Assembly (NCBI GenBank): GCA_963772455.1
Contig: CAVYXJ010000005.1
Span: 83,817 to 147,816 of the forward strand
Direction: 5' to 3'
DNA from: Candidatus Bathyarchaeota archaeon
GTDB taxonomy: Archaea; Thermoproteota; Bathyarchaeia; Bathyarchaeales; Bathycorpusculaceae
DNA length: 64,000 bases
The stretch's first letter is position 1, and each line of letters starts with the position of its first letter. Positions 9,775 through 19,971 of the stretch are shown here, one piece after another. Below the pieces are notes generated by a model. It was not told the DNA's origin. It did no database searches and was given only the letters and a program-made list of their open reading frames with translations. A program made the position numbers and the translations under genes.

Positions 9775-10326
9775 TTGAGCACTAAAGTTGAAACAATCGA
9801 AGAAAGAAAAGCAGAAGTTCTAATTAAATTAAGAAAATACAAGCTTGTTGAAAAAGAAAAGTTTGAAGGCGCATACGCTTACATCATTGATATTCCGCAA
9901 GACAAGGAAAGAGCAATAGTCTGGTGCATCTTAGGCGAAGCCACAGTCGGAATCGCAGCTATGAATACTCTCTACAAAATAATGAAGGAAAAAGACCTTG
10001 ATCGAGCTATCGTAGTCACCGAAGGACGATACACTCACGCAGTTAAACTAGGAGCAAAAAAGAAAAAGGTAGAGTTATTACCCAAATCTTTCCCAGTATT
10101 CGACATATTTGAGCACGCATTAGTTCCTTTCCATGAAATCCTTACAGAAAAAGAAAAGAACCAGTTGCTCGCACAATTCAAAGTTAAACCATACCAGATG
10201 CCGCAAGTCAAATCAGGCGATCCAGCGGTTAAGGCAATAGGTGCAAAACCAGGGGATATACTAAAAATTACCCGAAAAAGTGTAACTGCCGGCGAACACA
10301 TAACATACAGATATGTTGTAGAATAA
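9775..10326 (+). CDS. rpoH: RNA polymerase subunit Rpo5/H with RPB5-like N-terminal extension
   Basis: C-terminal HALVPFHEIL...MPQVKSGDPAV...KPGDILKITRKSVTAG..ITYRYVV. Probable TTG start at 9775 after GAGGT (ORF track starts at 9730). Confidence 0.88.
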   Translation: MSTKVETIEERKAEVLIKLRKYKLVEKEKFEGAYAYIIDIPQDKERAIVWCILGEATVGIAAMNTLYKIMKEKDLDRAIVVTEGRYTHAVKLGAKKKKVELLPKSFPVFDIFEHALVPFHEILTEKEKNQLLAQFKVKPYQMPQVKSGDPAVKAIGAKPGDILKITRKSVTAGEHITYRYVVE

Positions 10327-10337
10327 AATAAAAAAAA

Positions 10338-10895
10338 TTATTTTGCAATCATAATTTCTGTAGATTTCACGATTGCAGTTACTTCGTCACCCACTTTTAA
10401 ATCCAATTCATCAACTGCCTCTTTTGTAATTACTGCGGTGACTGTTACGGGCATTTTTATTTCAACTTTAACCTTAGCTGTTATAACGCCTTTTTCAACA
10501 GCAAGAACTTTTCCTTTAAATTGATTGCGTGCACTTAACTTCAAATTTTTCACCTCCAAACAACGTGGATTAGATAAAACTTTATCTAAGTAAATCTCCG
10601 CTTGCTTATATTCACCAAGCAAACTTTTACCTAAATCAGTTAGCTTAGCACCGCCTCCACCTGATTTTCCGCCCTTATACGTTTCAACTATATTTTCTTC
10701 CATGGCTTTCTGGATTTCTTGAATATAATTCCAAACGTACCGATAAGACATCCCAAGTTTTTCTGCAGCTTTAGAAATCGAGTTTTCTGTATTGATGCTT
10801 TCAAGAATTTCAGCTCCGCCTTTGCCTATTAGAGGTTTTCCTTTGTATTCAATCCAGGCTTTGCAGGAGAGCGTGTGCTTTTTGTTGCTAAGCAT
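10338..10895 (-). CDS. modE: ModE-family regulator (wHTH plus TOBE/Mop domain)
   Basis: SISKAAEKLGMSYRYVW, GGKSGGGAKLT and Mop motif LSARNQFKG. Confidence 0.85.
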   Translation of the reverse strand: MLSNKKHTLSCKAWIEYKGKPLIGKGGAEILESINTENSISKAAEKLGMSYRYVWNYIQEIQKAMEENIVETYKGGKSGGGGAKLTDLGKSLLGEYKQAEIYLDKVLSNPRCLEVKNLKLSARNQFKGKVLAVEKGVITAKVKVEIKMPVTVTAVITKEAVDELDLKVGDEVTAIVKSTEIMIAK

Positions 10896-10952
10896 TCTGA
10901 TAGGTTATTATCTAAAGCAGATATAAATCTAATTACCACCGAAACAAACATT

Positions 10953-11171
10953 TTAGACCTTGTGGTCTTGCATTAACTCATTCAGTATTACGAATGCTTC
11001 GCCAAGAGGCATTCCCAACAGCTCGGAAAGCTCAATTGCTGAAATATCGGCTTTTTGTGGAAGTATGCAGTCGCGGGTATAAGCCTTATGAGTTGGATAC
11101 ATAACGGAAGCGTGGACTGCTTCAACAAGTAACTGCAAGAGTTTTTCTTTAGAATAATCTTCCAAATTCAA
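10953..11171 (-). CDS. Small hypothetical protein (possible HTH-like C-terminus)
   Basis: 72-aa ORF with TTG start preceded by a GGTGA SD-like sequence. Confidence 0.6.
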   Translation of the reverse strand: MNLEDYSKEKLLQLLVEAVHASVMYPTHKAYTRDCILPQKADISAIELSELLGMPLGEAFVILNELMQDHKV

Positions 11172-11385
11172 TAGACATCACCATTGGATACACCTTTAGG
11201 GGTTATTAGTCTACCGCCAAATTCGCCATCTACTAATTATTCAGTTATGAACATGTAGCCTTAATAAAATACAATCGTGTTTTTCATTAGACACGGGCAT
11301 TTTATCCATCGCAGATCAAACAGGGAGGCTACAACAAACTTAATACCCGTCAGAGGCTTTCTAAATTATTAGAGGTTGACTCTTT

Positions 11386-12354
11386 TTGAAGGCTGCCATT
11401 TATCATGGACCACATAACATCAAAATCGAAGACGTACCTGAACCCGAAGTTAAAGGCAGAAAGGTGTTGGTGAATTTTAAGGCTGGAAGCATCTGTGGAA
11501 CCGACATGCACTTTTACAGGGGCGAATGGGCATTAAAGAGAGGTAGAATCCTTGGACATGACGCTTGCGGAGTAAAAGCGGATACCGGCGAACGAGTCGT
11601 TATGGTTCCAATTGTGAATTGCGGACACTGCCACTTCTGTCTTCGAGGTTTCCCAAGTCTGTGTGTTCGAGCTAAACTCTATGGTTTGACAAGAGATGGA
11701 TTTTTCGTTGAATCCAAAGCCATGCTCCCTCGAAGCCTTATTCCAATCCCCTCCAATGTCAGCGATGAAGAAGCAGCTATTGTTGAGCCAGTTGCTTTGG
11801 CAGTCCGAGTAATAAATAATTTTAAACCAAATTTAGGTGATTGGGTAACCGTGGTTGGGCAGGGACCAATAGGTTTGCTAATGACTCAGGTTGCGCTGCT
11901 TAAAGGCTGCAGAGTTATAGCAGTGGATTTAGAAGATTACAGACTTGAATTCTCGGAAAAATACGGTGCCGACGCGATCATAAATCCCAAAAAAGAAGAT
12001 ATGATAAAAGCAGTCCGTAAATTAACCAAAATAGGTTCTGACTTTGTGATTGAAGCTGCAGGAACTACGCACACAGTTGAACAAACGCCGTTTTTGGTGC
12101 GGAAAGCAGGCAAAGTTGCGTTAGTAGGAGAGTCTGATGGTTATTTGAATTTAGGAGAAGCCGACGAAGCTAACTTTTTTACAATTTACCTTTCACCAGT
12201 TGAATATCCTTCGGCCATTGAATTAATAGCCCGGAAAATGGTAGATGTAAAAGGACTCATCTCTCACAAATTCAAAATAGGTGAGTTTGAGAAGGCACTG
12301 CAAACAATTGATGACCCGACAGAAAAGACCTTAAAAGTAATCATAACACAATAA
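11386..12354 (+). CDS. Zn-dependent medium-chain alcohol dehydrogenase
   Basis: SICGTDMH, GHD, CGHCHFC...C structural zinc site, EPVA and GQGPIG. Confidence 0.9.
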   Translation: MKAAIYHGPHNIKIEDVPEPEVKGRKVLVNFKAGSICGTDMHFYRGEWALKRGRILGHDACGVKADTGERVVMVPIVNCGHCHFCLRGFPSLCVRAKLYGLTRDGFFVESKAMLPRSLIPIPSNVSDEEAAIVEPVALAVRVINNFKPNLGDWVTVVGQGPIGLLMTQVALLKGCRVIAVDLEDYRLEFSEKYGADAIINPKKEDMIKAVRKLTKIGSDFVIEAAGTTHTVEQTPFLVRKAGKVALVGESDGYLNLGEADEANFFTIYLSPVEYPSAIELIARKMVDVKGLISHKFKIGEFEKALQTIDDPTEKTLKVIITQ

Positions 12355-12437
12355 AGCCACAGCCATAGTTCACCGTAAAGTATATTTTTGTTAGAGAAGT
12401 GTTAACCCCAACTCTACGGAAAAAGGAGATAACAGTT

Positions 12438-13118
12438 TTGACTATAGAAGCAGTAATATTCGACTTAGACGGAACTCTGGCCCACTTCAACCTTGACTAC
12501 AAAGCTTTGCGTTCCGAAGTCAGAACATACTTGATTAGTATACATATTCCGGTTTCAGTTCTGGACGTCAACGAGAACATCTTTGAAATGTTAAAAAAAG
12601 CAGAGATTTTCATCAAAAATAGCACAAAATCATCTGAAGCATTTGAGGAAGTTCGCACCCATGCTTTTTCAATCGCTCAAAGATATGAAATGGAAGCAGC
12701 AACAACAACTAGCCTGTTAACAGGTGCAGTTGAAACGCTTAAACAACTGCAAAATATGAATTTGACAATGGGTATATGCACCACTAGCGGCGAGAAAGCT
12801 GCAAACTATATTCTTCAGCGCTTCAAAATTGACGGTTTCTTCAAGGTTATTATTTCACGGGACAAAGTGAAATTTGTTAAGCCTCACACTGAACAAGTTG
12901 AATTAGCTCTTAAAAAATTAGGAGTTCATGCCAAAAACACTTTGATAGTTGGGGACAGCGTTGTTGATATGCAGAGTGCTAGAGACTTAAAAGCCATTGC
13001 AGTTGGATTAAGATCAGGCTTATCCACAAAGGAGCAGTTGATGAACAATGGAGCAAATAAAATAATAACATCACTAAATGACTTGCCAGTTTTAATAAAA
13101 GAAATAAATAAGGATTAA
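12438..13118 (+). CDS. HAD-superfamily hydrolase (phosphoglycolate phosphatase-like)
   Basis: FDLDGTL, KP and VGDSVVD motifs; probable TTG start at 12438 after an AGGAG SD. Confidence 0.85.
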   Translation: MTIEAVIFDLDGTLAHFNLDYKALRSEVRTYLISIHIPVSVLDVNENIFEMLKKAEIFIKNSTKSSEAFEEVRTHAFSIAQRYEMEAATTTSLLTGAVETLKQLQNMNLTMGICTTSGEKAANYILQRFKIDGFFKVIISRDKVKFVKPHTEQVELALKKLGVHAKNTLIVGDSVVDMQSARDLKAIAVGLRSGLSTKEQLMNNGANKIITSLNDLPVLIKEINKD

Positions 13119-16100
13119 GTGGCGGTTATTACGCCGTCATCTTTGCGGATGAGTTTTCTTTCCCTGACCAATCTCTTAAGCACTTCTGAGAACACTGATT
13201 TGGCTGGTTCACCTAAATGATTAATTCCAAATACTTTTCCAGTTTCAGCAATCAATGAATCATCACTTATACCTAAAGAATATTGGGCAATCAAAATCAT
13301 AGCTGACTCAACTTCTTCAGGTGCAATGTACTCAGGTCTACGCTTGGATTCTGGGACACCCTGCATTGGAACACGAATCGATGTTACTTTAAGCCCAATT
13401 GGCCAAAGAAAGCTACCTTTGATAACTACTTTCTGTTCTCGAATGAGATTGTTTAAGGATTCTTTGACTGCATGAGCGATTTTTGGTGTCACTTGTTTTA
13501 TTCCCCATGCAGTTGCTAACCGCTCAACCGCGTAATCAAAGTGGACTGGCCCTTCATTTTGTATTAGATCAGAGAGAAGTTTGGTTTGGTTTTCACGATT
13601 TTCCGGGAAGTGAAACTCGTTTCTTTGTTTTGAGTCTATTGTAGCTTTGGCTGTGACTAATTTTATGTATGGATTGTAGGTGGCTTTTAGGGGATAGACT
13701 TTGTATGATATGCCAATTTTTTCTATCCCTGCAAAAGTGTTTTTTTGAATATCTGTTTTGGGAACAGAGTTTTCTTTTATGTCGATTATTGGTTTTTGAG
13801 CGTCATTGTCAATTTGATTTTTTTGCGCTTGTTCCAGAGTTTCTTTTAGTCGTCTGATTTCTGAGTCACGCCTGGCAACCCATGCAGGTGACCAAATACG
13901 ATGTATACGCCAACCCAGTTTCCTCAATACCTGATCACGAAGTCTATCGCGGTCTCGCGCGCTGCTGCTTGATTTGTAGGTTATTCCGTCGCATTCTACA
14001 CCAAGAAGGAAACAGCCTTCGTTTACTGGGTCCACTACACCCATATCAATTCGATAACCGCTGCAGCCTACCTCAGGAACAACTTGGTAACCCATCTTTT
14101 TAATTTCAGCTGCAACATCTTCATCTAGAGCTGAATCAAAAGTGCCCTCTTTAGCTTTATTTGATAAGGGCTCTGGTCCATGTTCGGCATAATCGAGATA
14201 ACCACGTAAAGTTTGCAGACCTAGTGCTTTGGCGTCTTTGTCTATGTCAGAAGATCTGATTGAAGTAATCAATACTACTTTTTCTCGAGCACGTGTAACC
14301 GCGACATTTAATCGCCTCTCACCTCCTGGCTTGTTTAATGGTCCAAAATTCATAGCCATTTGACCTTGCTGATCAAAGCCGTAGCCAACACTGAAAAATA
14401 TTACATCGCGCTCGTCTCCTTGCACGTTCTCTAAGTTCTTGACAAAGAAACCTTCCAATCGATCTTCTTTGAAAAAAGGCTCAAAAGCCGGTTCTTCTTT
14501 GAGTCTACTATCAATGGCTTCTGCAACGGCATCCATTTGAGCAATGCTAAAGGTAACTACACCAAGAGTTTTCTTTGGGAAGTTCTTGAAATGCTCAAAA
14601 ACTAGATCCGCAACTCTTTCAGCTTCTTTTTGGTTGTTTCGTTGACCTCCACGGTCATAGATTCCGTCTTGTACATAGAATAGTTTTACACCCAAATTGT
14701 CAGTTTGATTCACGGCAGCGGGGAATGTAATCATAGTGTCGTCATAGAAGCGATGATTTGAAAACGCTATTAGATCTTCATGCTTGCTTCGGTAATGCCA
14801 TCTTAATGTCTTAACTGGTAATCCAATGCCTAAACACTCATCAAGAATACTATCGAAAACTTCTACATCATCGTCACTGAGTTCGTCCCAATCCACATTA
14901 TCGATTAAATTCTTTTGGAAGAACGAAGTTGGTGGAAGTTGTTTATTGTCACCTGCAACTACGAGTGTTTTTCCACGGTATATGGCGCCGATTGCATCTT
15001 CGGGAACTAATTGCGAGGCTTCATCGAAGAGAACTAAATCAAACTTTGTATCGGGTGGCATGAACTGGCTAACGGAAATTGGGCTCATCAATAAGCATGG
15101 CTTTAGTTTTACGAGTAGATTTGGAATTTTTTGCATTAAAGTACGAATAGGCATTAACCGTCTCTTCTTCGCTGCTTCTTTTAGAAGGATGTTTGCCTCC
15201 GTGTCTGCTGCTTGGATTAGAATATCTTTAGGTTTTCTGCTATTAGCCGCTTCAATAACCATACTGGATGTAAGGTAAATGAGGTCTTGGTCAAGTTTGC
15301 GGAAGTCATCAATTAACTGTTCATGGTTCTCTCTTCGAAACCGACCTAGTGTTTGGTCTTCGTTGTAAAGGCTGTTTATCCATTCTTGATAAACGCTTTT
15401 TCGGAAAACGCTTCCTAAATCTGCCGCAGAAATTTTCTGTTCAATTAAGTGGTTAAAAAACAAGTCTAGACTTCGCAATGAGAAACGGTTTTTAGCATCT
15501 TTGAAATCGATCCAAACTTGAACATCATCGACACGCTCGCGCAATGACTGGACTCGTTCAATTATAACTTTGATATCTAAATCTCTCAGCAATTGGTTTT
15601 GATACTTAATTTCTTTTTCAAATCGTTTTTCAAAATCCGCTAGCACTTTCAGTGATGAATCTTTTCTTTGAATTAATTCCGTATTAGATGGAGCTGCGGT
15701 TGGTCCTCTAGCTGCAATGTCTGCGAAAGCTTGTGGCACGGGTATATCGGCAAATAATGTTTGCACATTTTTACTCCATTCAAGCACATCCACTATGCCT
15801 TGCCAGTTGGTTTGTAACTCTTGGAAACGGCTACCAAATTTTTCTTGAAGCTGGATTTTTTCGCCTATAATTTGTGCTTCTTTCTTTCTTATTTCTTCAG
15901 CATTTTTAAGATCATCGAGAAGCATTTTGTAGGTTTGAGGTTCACGTTTGCATGTTGTTAATGTCTGGCTTGTGAGATTATTTAATGGATTTAGTTGTTT
16001 TTCTGTTTCACTAGCCCACTCCTTAACAATCGTTATGGGAGTCTGAGATATTGAAACATCTGACTTAGGCATCTTTGACGGAATAAGTGATTCCAAATCT

Positions 16101-18784
16101 TTTCCTTGTTGTTCCCAATTATCTATGGAAGCCTGAAGCTCCAAACCCAAATTCTTAATCATTGGAGATGGACTTGAAGAATTAGTTATAATTTTGAGAA
16201 GAGCTTCAGGGATTTGAGTTGCCCATGACAACTTCTTAATTTCGTCCGCTACTGCAATGGCTTTTTCTGCACCTTGAAAGTCTGTTCTAGTTTTATGGTA
16301 ATAATGACCCAATAAAGAACGTACTTTTTCTGCGGAATCCTCAATTTTTGAACGAAGCTTTTTGACTTTGCGAGCGTCAATTAGATCCTGCAGTATTGCT
16401 TTAGGGACCTTACCGTCGTTTGTTAATCGAGCAATTTGCTTTTGGTCGTTTCGGAAGTTTGAATTAAAGATTTTCAAACCACTCTGATAATCTCCACTGT
16501 ACCTCTCTATGAGTCCATCTAAGTCTAATTCATAGATGCCGTCAGCATAGGTTTCGTCCAATCTGCTTTTCAGCTGGTTGTGTTCTTGATAGAGTAACTT
16601 TGATTTGGACACTATCTCTTTGACTTCTTCAAAGTATTTAGCATCGAACCATTCTGGCTCTGGCTTGTCTTCAGCAAAACTCAACATTGCTAAACGCGAG
16701 AGTTGTTTTAATTGAGCAATTTTGAGGTCAGTCCCATCTAATCCCAAGAGTTGGGAAAGCGCTTGGGAAATATCATGCCACTTCTGACAAATTAATTCGG
16801 TACTTCTGAGATAAGCTAAGAGTTTTTCTCGTTTCGCTAATAATTCACCTTCTTCCAAGTTCACTCCAGGAAGAAACTGGGTTAAAGATAAAACTGCCAT
16901 CTGAAGTTCTATAGACCGGTTTAAGACCAAAGTGAAAAGAGTTTGCTGGTAACGTTCCATTAGGTTAGCTCGGGTGTTCTTTATCCAAATACAGATGTCA
17001 CGATAGGCTTGAGCTTCGCTTTGGAGTTTGTCTAAACTCTGATTAGTTAACCAGTGTGCTTCAGGTTTTGGGCTCTCAAACAAGAGTTTGCTCACATCAA
17101 TCAACCATTGAATTCGAGCAAAACTTTCTGGTGGAAAAATACCTAGTCGAGCTGAGAAATCTTCAGTTTCCAATACCAAACCATTCAAAATTTCAGATAT
17201 TCCCTCAAGAGTTGTGAGTAGTTCAGAACGGATTTCAAGATTGTATTTGTCCGCTCGGTATCCAACCCAGGGAAAATCTGGTTCCTCAACTACTTGCCAA
17301 ACCTTGCTCAATTGTGAAACCAATTCTTCAAGTTCACGCATTTTCTGCGGAGTTAACGTTCCAAGTTCAGTTAAGCCAACAGGGACAAAAGGAACACGCT
17401 CCAAACTTGAAATCATACTTAATACTTCATAAGCACTTCGCTGCAAGAACGGTCGCTTCTCATGCAAAGCGGCAACGTAGCCGTTTAATGCTCCACGATA
17501 TTCCGTCATCCGCTCAAACTCATGAGCTGAAGGGATTTTGCGTGGAATAAGAGTTTCATCAAGACTACGCTTTAGCTCCGCCACTACCTGTTGCTTGTTA
17601 GCTTTACTACTGTGAAGTTCAAGACAGAAATGTGACAAACCAACTTCACTTAACCGTTTGTAAACAACTTCTAACGCTGCCATTTTATCGCTGACAAAGA
17701 GCACACTTTTTCCATTAGCGATACATTCCGCAATCATGTTCGCAATTGTTTGGCTCTTGCCAGTGCCCGGCGGACCTTTCATTACAAAACTTTGACCTTG
17801 AAGCGCATATTCTATTGAAACTCTTTGACTACTGTCAGCGTCAAGGACTTGATAGGTTTTGGCAGGAACTTCAATTTTGTCGACGTCTTTCTCGTCTGGC
17901 AAACCGGTTAGGATTAGGTTTTCTTCTTTTATGCCCGCGATTGCTCTGATTATTGGGTGTTGGGTAACTAAGGCTGCGTTAGATTCCAAATCTTTGTAAA
18001 TAACCAGTTTCTGAAAAGAAAAAAGTCCTAAATCAACCGATGGCTCAGTTTTCCAGCCCATTTCAGAAACAGTTTGTTCAACTAGATTGAAATAGTCAAC
18101 TAATTTTTGTTCTTCCCACTCTTCGGGCAATGGGGGTAATTCAATTTTATAATCATTTTTAAGTTTAGCCTGCAACGCAGGGTTTAATACTGCTTCATCC
18201 TCAACGGGTGGAACAGCTATGTTATAAGGTTGGCGAATTGTTTCTCTTGTTAATTCCAAAGGTACTAGAATTAATGGGGATTGGACTTTTTCTTTTGTTT
18301 CTATATCAACCCAATTCAATGTACCAAAAGCTGCGTGAAGAATGCGTACACCTCGCTCCATATAATCTAGAAGGGAACGACTTTGTAGATTTTTGAGGCT
18401 GCGTTCAAGATCCATTCGGTTCTGATTGCCAACTACCAGTTGATTTGCTGTTGGACGTTTTTGTAACTCAAAGGTGAGGTTTGCTTCAACTGACGGGTCT
18501 GATGTTTTAGTCTCAATTCTCCCTTCTTTTAACTTACCTTTCTTATTTGCTTTCGTTTTTTCGATTGTCTCTGTATTGGTTTCCTGAGGCTGCCAGAATT
18601 CTAATCGCTTTTTCTTCACAACAAGAGTTTCAAATATCCTTTGCAAGTCAGGTTGAGTGATGGACAGATTTCCACGTTTGGATTTATGAAAATAAAGCAA
18701 ATTATTCCTTTTTGAAAGGTCAATTAACCTTGATTTCCAATCTTCAACGCGTTTCATTGGCGATGAAGGAGCAGTTTCAGTCAT
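13115..18784 (-). CDS. DUF4011 - SF1 (Upf1/Dna2-like) helicase - Vsr-like/REase - DUF3320 protein (Hhe-like defence)
   Basis: N-terminal WKSRLIDLSKRNNLL; GPPGTGKSQT; FDEASQ; GDNKQLPP; WHYRS; ENVQGDERD; RRLNVAVTRAR; nuclease IDMGV...GVECDG...RDRDRLR...GWRIHRIWS. Confidence 0.88.
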   Translation of the reverse strand: MTETAPSSPMKRVEDWKSRLIDLSKRNNLLYFHKSKRGNLSITQPDLQRIFETLVVKKKRLEFWQPQETNTETIEKTKANKKGKLKEGRIETKTSDPSVEANLTFELQKRPTANQLVVGNQNRMDLERSLKNLQSRSLLDYMERGVRILHAAFGTLNWVDIETKEKVQSPLILVPLELTRETIRQPYNIAVPPVEDEAVLNPALQAKLKNDYKIELPPLPEEWEEQKLVDYFNLVEQTVSEMGWKTEPSVDLGLFSFQKLVIYKDLESNAALVTQHPIIRAIAGIKEENLILTGLPDEKDVDKIEVPAKTYQVLDADSSQRVSIEYALQGQSFVMKGPPGTGKSQTIANMIAECIANGKSVLFVSDKMAALEVVYKRLSEVGLSHFCLELHSSKANKQQVVAELKRSLDETLIPRKIPSAHEFERMTEYRGALNGYVAALHEKRPFLQRSAYEVLSMISSLERVPFVPVGLTELGTLTPQKMRELEELVSQLSKVWQVVEEPDFPWVGYRADKYNLEIRSELLTTLEGISEILNGLVLETEDFSARLGIFPPESFARIQWLIDVSKLLFESPKPEAHWLTNQSLDKLQSEAQAYRDICIWIKNTRANLMERYQQTLFTLVLNRSIELQMAVLSLTQFLPGVNLEEGELLAKREKLLAYLRSTELICQKWHDISQALSQLLGLDGTDLKIAQLKQLSRLAMLSFAEDKPEPEWFDAKYFEEVKEIVSKSKLLYQEHNQLKSRLDETYADGIYELDLDGLIERYSGDYQSGLKIFNSNFRNDQKQIARLTNDGKVPKAILQDLIDARKVKKLRSKIEDSAEKVRSLLGHYYHKTRTDFQGAEKAIAVADEIKKLSWATQIPEALLKIITNSSSPSPMIKNLGLELQASIDNWEQQGKDLESLIPSKMPKSDVSISQTPITIVKEWASETEKQLNPLNNLTSQTLTTCKREPQTYKMLLDDLKNAEEIRKKEAQIIGEKIQLQEKFGSRFQELQTNWQGIVDVLEWSKNVQTLFADIPVPQAFADIAARGPTAAPSNTELIQRKDSSLKVLADFEKRFEKEIKYQNQLLRDLDIKVIIERVQSLRERVDDVQVWIDFKDAKNRFSLRSLDLFFNHLIEQKISAADLGSVFRKSVYQEWINSLYNEDQTLGRFRRENHEQLIDDFRKLDQDLIYLTSSMVIEAANSRKPKDILIQAADTEANILLKEAAKKRRLMPIRTLMQKIPNLLVKLKPCLLMSPISVSQFMPPDTKFDLVLFDEASQLVPEDAIGAIYRGKTLVVAGDNKQLPPTSFFQKNLIDNVDWDELSDDDVEVFDSILDECLGIGLPVKTLRWHYRSKHEDLIAFSNHRFYDDTMITFPAAVNQTDNLGVKLFYVQDGIYDRGGQRNNQKEAERVADLVFEHFKNFPKKTLGVVTFSIAQMDAVAEAIDSRLKEEPAFEPFFKEDRLEGFFVKNLENVQGDERDVIFFSVGYGFDQQGQMAMNFGPLNKPGGERRLNVAVTRAREKVVLITSIRSSDIDKDAKALGLQTLRGYLDYAEHGPEPLSNKAKEGTFDSALDEDVAAEIKKMGYQVVPEVGCSGYRIDMGVVDPVNEGCFLLGVECDGITYKSSSSARDRDRLRDQVLRKLGWRIHRIWSPAWVARRDSEIRRLKETLEQAQKNQIDNDAQKPIIDIKENSVPKTDIQKNTFAGIEKIGISYKVYPLKATYNPYIKLVTAKATIDSKQRNEFHFPENRENQTKLLSDLIQNEGPVHFDYAVERLATAWGIKQVTPKIAHAVKESLNNLIREQKVVIKGSFLWPIGLKVTSIRVPMQGVPESKRRPEYIAPEEVESAMILIAQYSLGISDDSLIAETGKVFGINHLGEPAKSVFSEVLKRLVRERKLIRKDDGVITAT

Positions 18785-18916
18785 CTAAGGCACATCCATT
18801 CACGAGATACAAGATAGCACTATTGTATGTATGGTTCTTTAATACTTACGGTAATTTAGAAAGCACTTAAGAAATCAGTTATAATAATTTAACACATTAA
18901 AAGAGTCAGTTGATAC

Positions 18917-19531
18917 TTATGTCTGCTTAATTGCATCCAAAATTACCTGTTTAACTCCTTCAAGACCTATTTCTCGTGTCTCCAACACCCCAACATTAAG
19001 ACCACACTTTTCTAAATCTTCACGCATCTTACCTGCATCACCACATGTATTCAGAAGCACAAATCCTTTGATACCGCTGAACATGTTTAAGAAAGCTGCT
19101 TCATCAACACCTTCCTTAAGCATCTGTTCCTTTGCATGCTTGAAGAATCCAATCATACCAGGACCCATAAACATCAGGTTATGCTCGGGATCAGCTTCAA
19201 AAAATTTTCCTTTACCGCCCAACTGACAGTCGATACAATTTACTGCATCCACTTTTACAATTCCATATTCTTGGGCTAATTTTTTCATCTCATTATCTTG
19301 CCCTAAACAAAGGTCACCATAAACGAGCACAACTTTCCCTTTGAATCTTTTTAGAGTTTGCTCTAAAACTTTGCGAAGATTGTGCTCTAAGGCTGCATAA
19401 TCGATGTGAAAGAATTTACTAACATAAACAACCTCAGCATCTAAGCCCTTTTGTTTGATAATTTGCTGGATTTCTTCTTTTAACACGCTACAGGAAACCA
19501 AGCAAACTTCTTTCACTTTTTTGTTTACCAT
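18917..19531 (-). CDS. DUF1638-like protein
   Basis: SCSVLKEEI, H, LVYGDLC and VNCIDCQLGG pattern. Confidence 0.65.
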   Translation of the reverse strand: MVNKKVKEVCLVSCSVLKEEIQQIIKQKGLDAEVVYVSKFFHIDYAALEHNLRKVLEQTLKRFKGKVVLVYGDLCLGQDNEMKKLAQEYGIVKVDAVNCIDCQLGGKGKFFEADPEHNLMFMGPGMIGFFKHAKEQMLKEGVDEAAFLNMFSGIKGFVLLNTCGDAGKMREDLEKCGLNVGVLETREIGLEGVKQVILDAIKQT

Positions 19532-19572
19532 TTTTCTTGCTCCTTTTCTAAATTCTCAAAAATATTTGAAAA

Positions 19573-19971
19573 TCAAGGCTTAAAGCAATAACGTGGCCAC
19601 TGTGGCCATTGTTGAGGGGAGCTACATGTTCCAAAATCCAACGTTAACGCCATGCCAATTTTCAACTGTTCCTGATTTATTTCCTGTATCATCCCAGGAA
19701 TTTTCAGACCATTGTCCAGCTCAACAATGCCCACCGCATACGGAACTAATGTTTGGAATTGTTCTGGAGCAATGTGGATTATTGTGTAAGTAAGCAATTT
19801 ACCTCTACCAGAGATGCTAACCCACTCAAACTCTTGCGAAAGGCAATTGTCACACAAAGGTCTTGGAGGCAAATGGAGCTTTCCACATTTTAAGCATTTT
19901 CCAGCCATTAACTTCTGTTGCCCTAAAAACTTATAGAACTGTTCAATAGTAAATGGTTCATTTGTGCTCAT
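19573..19971 (-). CDS. DUF35 zinc-ribbon/OB-fold protein (thiolase partner)
   Basis: KCLKCG..HLPPRPLCDNC, GKLLTYTII and PYAVGIVEL; coupled to the thiolase gene. Confidence 0.9.
   Translation of the reverse strand: MSTNEPFTIEQFYKFLGQQKLMAGKCLKCGKLHLPPRPLCDNCLSQEFEWVSISGRGKLLTYTIIHIAPEQFQTLVPYAVGIVELDNGLKIPGMIQEINQEQLKIGMALTLDFGTCSSPQQWPQWPRYCFKP

Noticed and set aside
10900-10932. Possible ModE box upstream of modE
   Set aside because: Only a weak TATCT/AGATA dyad overlapping the TATA region; too degenerate to call.
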